From assembly GCA_963783725.1 (NCBI GenBank), contig CAWAOJ010000002.1, positions 1,684,459 through 1,748,458 on the forward strand: DNA of 64,000 bases, written 5' to 3'. Below the pieces are notes generated by a model. It had not been told where the DNA came from and searched no databases. It saw only the letters and a program-made list of their open reading frames with translations. The stretch is from an uncultured Chloroflexia bacterium (lineage in GTDB: Bacteria > Chloroflexota > Limnocylindria > QHBO01). Both the position numbers and the translations under genes were made by a program. Shown in pieces: positions 9,855 through 16,839 of the stretch (its first letter is position 1; each line of letters starts with the position of its first letter).

Positions 9855-10700
9855 ATGGCCGTTCCCGGGATTGGCATCGCCAAGGGCTTCGCCACCACGC
9901 TGCGCAACTTCTTCACGCCGAAGGTGACGCGGCAGTACCCCGAGGTCCGGCCCCAGATGTCGGACCGCTGGCGCGGTCGGCTGGACCTGATCTACGACCC
10001 GTTCGGATCGCACAAGTGCGAGGTCTGCTTCCAGTGCTCCATGGTCTGCCCGGTGGAGGCCATCGACATGAGCGGCTTCGACTCGCGGGGCGATCGCATC
10101 CGCTACGGGATGCCGGAGATCTACGACGAGCGCAAGGATCCGAACGCCTACCGGCGCAGCGGGCTGCCGGCGCGGCCGATGCGGAACCCTGCCCGATGGG
10201 ACGAGGCCATCGACACCGATTTCGTGAACGGGGTCATCGACGGCTTCCGTGCCCGGCCCGAGGCGCTGGTCGCGATCTTCGGGGCGGTGCAGGCGCGCTA
10301 CGGCTACCTTCCGGAGCGGGCGCTGCGCCTGATCAGCGACCGGCTCACGATCCACTGGGCGCAGGTCTTCGGCGCCGCCGGACTCGGCGGCTTCCGACTG
10401 CTGCCCGCGGAGGGCCACCTCATCACGGTCTGCGACTGCGCCGCGTGCCGCTTCGGCGGCGGACGCGAGGTGCTGCGCGCGCTGCGCGACGACCTGGGCA
10501 TCGAGCCCGGCGAGTCGACCGCCGACGGCACCTTCACCTTGCAGACCGGCAGCGACGTGGGCGCGGGCGCCATGGCGCCGGCCATCCGGGTCGATACCCT
10601 GGTCTACGGCCCGGTCACCGCGGCGCAGGCGCTGCACCTCGTCGGGCTGCGACGTGACGCGGCCGCCGAGCCCTCGGCACAGCCGGCGAGTCGGCGCTGA
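9855..10700 (+). CDS. chimeric subunit: N-terminal half of NuoI (one 4Fe-4S motif) fused to a NuoE-like thioredoxin-fold domain
   Basis: Residues 1-91 align with the NuoI/Nqo9 N-half (GFATTLRNFFTPKVTRQYPE, CEVCFQCSMVCP). The second Cys motif is absent. Residues ~115-281 look like NuoE (VQARYGYLPERAL, VCDCAAC, GIEPGESTADGTFTL). Confidence 0.8.
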   Translation: MAVPGIGIAKGFATTLRNFFTPKVTRQYPEVRPQMSDRWRGRLDLIYDPFGSHKCEVCFQCSMVCPVEAIDMSGFDSRGDRIRYGMPEIYDERKDPNAYRRSGLPARPMRNPARWDEAIDTDFVNGVIDGFRARPEALVAIFGAVQARYGYLPERALRLISDRLTIHWAQVFGAAGLGGFRLLPAEGHLITVCDCAACRFGGGREVLRALRDDLGIEPGESTADGTFTLQTGSDVGAGAMAPAIRVDTLVYGPVTAAQALHLVGLRRDAAAEPSAQPASRR

Positions 10701-10702
10701 GC

Positions 10703-12079
10703 ATGGCCGAACAGCAGAACGTCCTCTCCCCGCAGATCCGGCTGCTCGAGGGCGGGGAGCGCCGCCTGCTCACCGAGCTCGGGCGGGTCGACCCCGCTTC
10801 GATCGAGAGCTATCGCGCGGCGGGCGGCTACGCCGGCCTCGAGCGCGCCGTGTCCAAGCTCGGCCCGGAGGGCGTGATCGCCGAGATCGAGAAGGCAGGG
10901 CTCCGTGGGCGCGGCGGCGCCGGCTACCCGACGGCCGACAAGTGGCGCGCCGCGCGCGAGCAGCCGGCCGAGCGCAGGGTCGTGGTGGCGAACCTGATGG
11001 GCGCCGATCCGACCGCTCTCGGCGACCGGGCGCTGGCCGAAGGAAACCCGCACCTGGTGCTCGAGGGGCTTCTGATCGCCGCATTCGCGACCGGTGCCAG
11101 CGAGGCGTACATCGCCGTTCGGCGCGATTGGACCGTGGCGCTCGAGCGGCTGCAGTCCGCGGTCGCGGAGGCGGAGCGCGCCCGCTTCGCCGGCTACCTG
11201 GTGCTCGGAACGGACTTCAGCGTGCAGGTCGTCGTGCGCGAGGGTTCGGGCGCCATGGTGGCGGGCGAGGAGACGGCGCTGCTGGCCGCCCTGGTCGGCG
11301 ATCGCGGTATGCCCGTCATCCGCCCGCCGTACCCGTCACAGCGCGGGATGCGCGGAGATCCGACGGTGGTGCAGAACGCGGAGACCCTGGCGCACGCGGC
11401 ATGGATCATGTCGCACTCGGCGGAGGCCTTCTCGTCGGTCGGCTCCGAGCGGAGCAGGGGCACCAAGCTGGTGACGATCTTCGGGCGCGTCGCCGAGCCC
11501 GGCGTGCTCGAGGTCCCGCTCGGCATGCCGCTGATCGACATCCTGGCGGCCGCGGGCGGCGGGACCGATACGACCAAGGCGCTCTTCCTCGGCGGCGCCG
11601 GCGGCGGCGCCGTCGATGCGGCGAGCCTCAACACGGCGTACGACTACGAGCCGCTGGCCGAGCGGGGCGTGGCGATGGGGCTGGGGTCGATCCTGGTCAC
11701 CGACCGCTCGACGTGCATGGTGGACACCGCGCGCTTCTTCCTCGATCACTCGGCGCGCGAGGCGTGCGGGAAGGCGGTTCCGTGCCGCATCGGCACCCGC
11801 CGTCTCGTCGAGGCGCTCGACCGCGTGCTCGCCGCGACGCCTCGGCCGAACGACTTCACCCTGCTGCGCGAGCTGTCGCGCAAGATGCGCGACACGGCGC
11901 TCTGCCATCTCGAGGCCCGTGCGCCCGCGCCGATGCTCACCACGCTCGCCCTGTTCCCCGAGGAGTACCGCGCCCACGCCGAGCGCGGCGTGTGCCTGGC
12001 CGGCTCGTGCGACGCGCCCGCGGTGGCGCCACTCCTCTCGCCACTCGCCGACATCGACGCGGGTACGATAGCGACATGA
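10703..12079 (+). CDS. NuoF-like subunit (divergent flavoprotein subunit)
   Basis: GLRGRGGAGYPTADKW, GEETALL, PPYPSQRG..GDPTVVQNAETL and EACGKAVPCRIG are colinear with NuoF/Nqo1, but several cofactor motifs are altered (see findings). Confidence 0.8.
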   Translation: MAEQQNVLSPQIRLLEGGERRLLTELGRVDPASIESYRAAGGYAGLERAVSKLGPEGVIAEIEKAGLRGRGGAGYPTADKWRAAREQPAERRVVVANLMGADPTALGDRALAEGNPHLVLEGLLIAAFATGASEAYIAVRRDWTVALERLQSAVAEAERARFAGYLVLGTDFSVQVVVREGSGAMVAGEETALLAALVGDRGMPVIRPPYPSQRGMRGDPTVVQNAETLAHAAWIMSHSAEAFSSVGSERSRGTKLVTIFGRVAEPGVLEVPLGMPLIDILAAAGGGTDTTKALFLGGAGGGAVDAASLNTAYDYEPLAERGVAMGLGSILVTDRSTCMVDTARFFLDHSAREACGKAVPCRIGTRRLVEALDRVLAATPRPNDFTLLRELSRKMRDTALCHLEARAPAPMLTTLALFPEEYRAHAERGVCLAGSCDAPAVAPLLSPLADIDAGTIAT

Positions 12080-14460
12080 CCTTCGGAACCGGCAACGGCG
12101 ACGGCACCGGCAACGGCCACGCGACCGGCAGCCTCACCGACTACACCCCCGTCTGGCCGATGGTGCCCGGCACGCGCAAGCTCTCGGTCACCGTCAACGG
12201 CCAGCGCGTCGAGGCCGAAGAGGGCCAGACGATCCTGCAGGCCTGCCGGGTGCTCGGGATCGAGGTGCCGACGCTCTGCTACGAGCCGAAGCTGGCGCCC
12301 TTCGGGGCGTGCCGCATCTGCGTCGTCGAGGTCGAGGGCCGCGAGGACACTCCCATCTCGTGCGGAACGACGATCGAGGAGGGGATGGTCATCACCACCC
12401 ACTCCGAGCGCCTGGTCGAGAACCGGCGCATGGTCCTGGAGCTGATCTTCAGCGACCACGACGCGTACTGCCTGCCGCCCTGCCAGTTCAAGTGCCCGAC
12501 CAGGGTCGACATCCCCGGCTACCTCAAGCAGAACACGCTGGGCAACTGGGAAGAGGCGACGCGGATCCTGAAGCGGTCGCTCCCGTTCCCGGCCATCCTC
12601 GGCCGCGTCTGCCCGGCGCCGTGCGAGACGCACTGCCGTCGCGAAGAGGTCGACACCGCCATCGCCATCCGCGACTCGCATCGGTACTGCGCCGACCGGG
12701 TGCTGGAGGTGGATGCGCCCGCGCCCATCCCGTGGCCCAAGGACCCGCCCACCGGGAAGCGCGTGGCCGTCATCGGTGCGGGCCCGGCGGGCCTGGCCAA
12801 CGCGTACTACATGCAGCTGCGCGGGCACGAGTGCGACGTCTTCGAAGCCGAGCCGGAGCAGGGCGGCATGCTGCGCTACGGCATCCCGCAGTACCGGCTG
12901 CCGAAGGGCTGGATGGATCGCGAGCTCAACCACGTCTGGGAGCTGGGCGCGCGGCTCAGGCCGAACATGCGCCTCGGCCGTGACTTCCACCTCGCCGACC
13001 TGCTGCCCGAGTACGACGCGATCTACATCAGCATCGGCTGCTACCAGTCCAACGTGCTGGGCATTCCCGGCGAGGACGCCGACGGGATGGTGAACGCGCT
13101 GGAGAACCTGTACAACTCGACCCGCGGGGTGAGCGTCCCCAAGCTGCGCGACGCGCGCGTGGTCGTCATCGGCGGCGGGTTCACTGCCATCGACTGCACG
13201 CGGACCAGCATCCGGCAGGGGGCGCGCGAGGTGACGCTGGTCTACCGCCGGGACCTGAAGGACATGCCCGCCCAGGACGAGGTGCACGAGGCGATCGAGG
13301 AGGGGGCGCGGGTCATCTTCCAGGCGGCGCCGACCAGGATCGTCACCGACGAGAACAACCGCGTCACGGGCGTGGAGTTCCAGCGCATGAAGCTCGGCGA
13401 GCCCGACGAGAAGGGGCGGCGCCGGCCGGAGCCGATGCCCGGCACCGAGTTCGTGGTCGAATGCGACACGGTGCTCGGCGCCATCGGCCAGGGGCCCGAC
13501 CTGCACTGGATCGAGTCGGAGCCGGACGAGATCCGCTCCGCGCTCGAGGTGAGCCGGCGCGGGACCCTGGTCAGCGAGGAGAACATCTTCCGCACCAACG
13601 TGCCGAAGGTCTTCGTCTCGGGCGACGTGCGCACCGGCTCGGCCACCGTGGTCGAGGCCATCGGCGAGGGCCGTCGCGCCTCGTACGCCATGGACTACTG
13701 GCTGCGCGGGCACGACCTCGACGACCCGCAGGTGCGGCGCATCGTCTCCGAGCCGCAGCCCAGCTTCCTCACCATCGTGCCGTTCACCGACGACGTGAAG
13801 GAGCCGCGCGCGGTCATGGGCAAGGCCGGCTCGGACGAGCGACGCGACAACTTCGTCGAGTACGAGTACGGCTACACCCACGACCAGGCGATGGCCGAGG
13901 CGAGCCGCTGCCTGCAGTGCACCTGCGAGGCGATCGGCCACTGCGACCTGCGCGAGGCGGCCATCGAGTACGAGACGACGCTCAACATGGCGATCGACGA
14001 GCGCTCGATCCAGGACAACCCGTACGTCGGCTACAACCACGGCTATGGCCGCGACGAGACGCACTCGTTCATCCTGCGCGACTACTCGCGCTGCATCGAC
14101 TGCGGCCGGTGCGCCACCGTCTGCAAGGAGATCGTCGGCTCCGGCTGCTACGACTTCATCGGCAAGGGGATGGACTCGCTGGTCACCACGGCCGACTTCG
14201 TGTCGCTCAACGAGACGCCGTGCGTCTCGTGCGGAAGGTGTGCCGAGACGTGCCCGGTCGGGGCGCTGATGCCGCGGCCGCGCACGCTGGAGACCTACCA
14301 GCTCGACGTGAGCCGCTGCATCTTCTGCGGCATGTGCGCCGACGCGTGCCCGTACGACGCGCTGCGCTGCGGACCCGAGTTCGAGTTCAGCGAGTACCAG
14401 CGCGACCTGCCGATGCTCGACATCCTGGAGATGTCCGACCGGGAGCGACCGACCCGCTGA
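12076..14460 (+). CDS. chimeric subunit: NuoG-type 2Fe-2S domain + GltD-like FAD/NAD(P)H oxidoreductase + 2x[4Fe-4S] + C-terminal half of NuoI
   Basis: The start is ATG 12076, in an ATGA overlap with the NuoF-like stop. The upstream part of the long ORF 10654-14460 is shadow frame over nuoF. Domains in order:
- 2Fe-2S region: LSVTVNGQ...CRICVVEV.
- GltD Fe-S region: CLPPCQFKCP...GRVCPAPCETHC.
- Dinucleotide fold: KRVAVIGAGPAGL.
- Ferredoxin motifs: CIDCGRCATVC and CVSCGRCAETCP.
- NuoI C-half: RCIFCGMCADACP...PEFEFSEYQRDL. Confidence 0.8.
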   Translation: MTFGTGNGDGTGNGHATGSLTDYTPVWPMVPGTRKLSVTVNGQRVEAEEGQTILQACRVLGIEVPTLCYEPKLAPFGACRICVVEVEGREDTPISCGTTIEEGMVITTHSERLVENRRMVLELIFSDHDAYCLPPCQFKCPTRVDIPGYLKQNTLGNWEEATRILKRSLPFPAILGRVCPAPCETHCRREEVDTAIAIRDSHRYCADRVLEVDAPAPIPWPKDPPTGKRVAVIGAGPAGLANAYYMQLRGHECDVFEAEPEQGGMLRYGIPQYRLPKGWMDRELNHVWELGARLRPNMRLGRDFHLADLLPEYDAIYISIGCYQSNVLGIPGEDADGMVNALENLYNSTRGVSVPKLRDARVVVIGGGFTAIDCTRTSIRQGAREVTLVYRRDLKDMPAQDEVHEAIEEGARVIFQAAPTRIVTDENNRVTGVEFQRMKLGEPDEKGRRRPEPMPGTEFVVECDTVLGAIGQGPDLHWIESEPDEIRSALEVSRRGTLVSEENIFRTNVPKVFVSGDVRTGSATVVEAIGEGRRASYAMDYWLRGHDLDDPQVRRIVSEPQPSFLTIVPFTDDVKEPRAVMGKAGSDERRDNFVEYEYGYTHDQAMAEASRCLQCTCEAIGHCDLREAAIEYETTLNMAIDERSIQDNPYVGYNHGYGRDETHSFILRDYSRCIDCGRCATVCKEIVGSGCYDFIGKGMDSLVTTADFVSLNETPCVSCGRCAETCPVGALMPRPRTLETYQLDVSRCIFCGMCADACPYDALRCGPEFEFSEYQRDLPMLDILEMSDRERPTR

Positions 14461-14503
14461 CGCCCGGCGCCCGCCGGCGCAGTGGCCGCTGGGGGAGCCC
14501 TCC

Positions 14504-15889
14504 ATGAGCGTTCACACCATCGTCAGCTCGCAGCGACTCGATCGGCCCCTCGACGAGGTCTTCGCGTTCTTCGCCACACCGGAGAACCTGAGCCGCCTGA
14601 CGCCCGACGGCCTCGGCTTCGAGCTCCGCTCGGACGACACCGAGATGCGCACGGGCCTCGTCATCGAGTACCGCATCAGGCCGCTGCTCGGGATCGGCCT
14701 GGGATGGACCAGCCGCATCAGCCGCTACGTGCCGGGCTCGGAGTTCGAGGACGTCCAGCTGCGCGGGCCGTACCGCAGCTGGCGCCATCGCCATCGGTTC
14801 AGCGCGGAGGACGGCGGGACGCGGGTTGACGACGAGGTCTCGTACGAGCTGCCGTTCGGCGTGCTGGGCGACCTGGTCGAGCGCTTCCTGGTGCGACCGC
14901 GGCTGCAGCAGATCTTCGGCTACCGCGGCGCGATGATGGATCGCCTTCTCTCAGCCCGCAGCCAGACGGAACGACCGATGACGGTCGCGGTGGCCGGAGG
15001 CTCCGGCTTCGTCGGCGGCGAGATCGCGACCGAGCTCCATCGGCGCGGCAATAGGGTGATCGTCCTCAGCCACGACCCCGACTCGCCCGCCGACGACCTG
15101 CCCGCGGGGATCGAGGTGCGCCACGTGGACGTGACCTCCGGCGCCGGGCTGCCCGAGGCGCTGGAGGGCGTGGAGGCCCTGGTCATCGCGCTGGCCTTCC
15201 CGAACCTGCCGATGGAGGATCCGCGGCGCGGCCGGACGTTCGAAGCGGTGGACGCCGCGGGCACCGAGCGTCTCGCCGCGGCGGCGCGCACCGCAGGCGT
15301 GCAGCGCCTCGCCTACATCTCCGGCGCGGGCGCCGCTCCCGACGCCGAGCGGCACTGGTTCCGCGCCAAGTGGCGCGCGGAGGAGGCGATCCGCGCGTCG
15401 GCGATCCCCTACACCATCGTTCGTCCGACGTGGATCTTCGGCCCGCGCGACGTCGCGCTCAACCGGTTCCTGGGCTTCGCGCGCACCCTGCCCTTCGTCC
15501 CGCTGACGAACTTCGGCGGCCAGCGTCTCGCCCCTGTGTTCGTCGGCGACGTGGCCGCGCTCGTGGCGGACTCGCTGGTCGATCCGGCCGCCCGCGACGC
15601 GATCTTCGAGATCGGCGGCCCGGAGACGATGACAATGCGCGACATCGTGCGCCGCACGCTCAGGGTCGCTGGACTGCGGCGACCGCTGCTTCCCGTCCCG
15701 CCGCAGCTGGTCAAGGTCGCCGCCTTCTTCCTGCAGTACCTGCCCGGGCGCCTCCTGACGCCGGAGGCGGTCGACTTCGTGAACCAGCCGGCCGTGGTGG
15801 ACACCGCGCCCCTCCTCGCGCGCATGCCCCGCCGCCTCACGCCGCTCGAGGAGGGACTGGCCACCTACCTGCTGCCGCGCCGGGGCTGA
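14504..15889 (+). CDS. SRPBCC (START/COQ10-like) domain fused to NDUFA9-like atypical SDR
   Basis: The N-terminal ~150 aa is SRPBCC-like (RPLDEVFAFFATPENLSRLTP...GPYRSWRHRHRF). The remainder is an NAD(P)-binding Rossmann fold (VAGGSGFVGGEIA, IVRPTWIFGPRD, PVFVGDVA) of the NDUFA9/NmrA-like type. Confidence 0.7.
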   Translation: MSVHTIVSSQRLDRPLDEVFAFFATPENLSRLTPDGLGFELRSDDTEMRTGLVIEYRIRPLLGIGLGWTSRISRYVPGSEFEDVQLRGPYRSWRHRHRFSAEDGGTRVDDEVSYELPFGVLGDLVERFLVRPRLQQIFGYRGAMMDRLLSARSQTERPMTVAVAGGSGFVGGEIATELHRRGNRVIVLSHDPDSPADDLPAGIEVRHVDVTSGAGLPEALEGVEALVIALAFPNLPMEDPRRGRTFEAVDAAGTERLAAAARTAGVQRLAYISGAGAAPDAERHWFRAKWRAEEAIRASAIPYTIVRPTWIFGPRDVALNRFLGFARTLPFVPLTNFGGQRLAPVFVGDVAALVADSLVDPAARDAIFEIGGPETMTMRDIVRRTLRVAGLRRPLLPVPPQLVKVAAFFLQYLPGRLLTPEAVDFVNQPAVVDTAPLLARMPRRLTPLEEGLATYLLPRRG

Positions 15890-15931
15890 CCGTCGCCCGC
15901 GCGGGCCGCGAAGGGCCGCGCAGGGCGGTCG

Positions 15932-16531
15932 GTGCGGAGTGGGTACGCTAGAATCGGGCGGGCCGCTTGCGTCACAGCGAGCCGGCTTCTGTCTGCTCGA
16001 AACTCCAGCGGGAGCTTCATTCTGGATATCACCGGCATCCTGTTCGTTGTGCTCGCCGTCGGCGTGGTGGGCGGTGGCCTCGCGGTGGTCACGCTGCACA
16101 ACGTCATCCATTCCGCCATCGCCATGATGGTCTGCTTCGGCTCCCTGGCCGGGATGTACGCGCTCCTCGGCGCACCCATCGTGGCGGCGGCCCAGGTGCT
16201 CATCTACCTCGGCGCAATCAGCGTCCTGATCATCTTCGCCATCATGCTCACCCAGGCCGGCGACGCGACCCTTCCCGCGCCGTTCCATCGCCAGGGGCCG
16301 GTGGCGGCCGCAATGGCGCTGCTGATCGTGGTGCTGGTCGGATGGGCGGTGCTGCAGACCGATTGGAGCCACGCCGCGACGGCCGTATCGGTCAACCTGC
16401 AGCGGCTCGCCGCGGCCCTCTTCACCGACTACGCGCTGCCGTTCGAGCTGATCAGCCTCCTGCTGCTGGCGGCGATCATCGGCGCGATCTACCTCGCGCG
16501 ACGCCCCGAAGAGGACGAGCGGGCGCGCTGA
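15932..16531 (+). CDS. nuoJ: NADH-quinone oxidoreductase subunit J
   Basis: ND6 family (VIHSAIAMMVCF...AAAQVLIYLGAISVLIIFAIML). The longest ORF starts at GTG 15932. The conserved part begins near residue 30, where CTG 16022 follows GGAG by 7 nt. The start is uncertain. Confidence 0.85.
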   Translation: MRSGYARIGRAACVTASRLLSARNSSGSFILDITGILFVVLAVGVVGGGLAVVTLHNVIHSAIAMMVCFGSLAGMYALLGAPIVAAAQVLIYLGAISVLIIFAIMLTQAGDATLPAPFHRQGPVAAAMALLIVVLVGWAVLQTDWSHAATAVSVNLQRLAAALFTDYALPFELISLLLLAAIIGAIYLARRPEEDERAR

Positions 16532-16836
16532 TGGGACTCGCCGGATACCTCATCGTCTCCTTGCTGCTGTTCGCCATCGGCGCGTTCGGCTTCCTGGCCC
16601 GACGGAACGCGATCCTGATGCTGATCTGCATCGAGCTGATGCTCAACGGAGTCAACCTGAGCCTGGTCGCCTTCAACGCGTACATGCCCGGCGGCGCGGT
16701 GAACGGCGCGATCTTCGCGCTGATGATCATGGCCGTGGCCGCGGCCGAGGCGACCGTCGGCCTCGCCCTGGTGATCGCCATCATCCGCACCCGTCAGACC
16801 GCCGAGGTCGACGAATACCACGACCTGAAGGAGTAG
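16531..16836 (+). CDS. nuoK: NADH-quinone oxidoreductase subunit K
   Basis: 101-aa ND4L family protein (ICIELMLNGVNL, AAAEATVGLALV). The ATG overlaps the nuoJ stop (TGATG). Confidence 0.92.
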   Translation: MGLAGYLIVSLLLFAIGAFGFLARRNAILMLICIELMLNGVNLSLVAFNAYMPGGAVNGAIFALMIMAVAAAEATVGLALVIAIIRTRQTAEVDEYHDLKE

Positions 16837-16839
16837 GCC

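Noticed and set aside
9855-10700. The possibility that the split-nuoI architecture is only an artefact of indels creating false fusions.
   Set aside because: Indels could create or remove the two fusion junctions. They cannot explain why the two NuoI cluster motifs are encoded 4.15 kb apart with the E/F/G-like genes between them. The gene-order observation therefore stands, and the exact polypeptide boundaries remain provisional.
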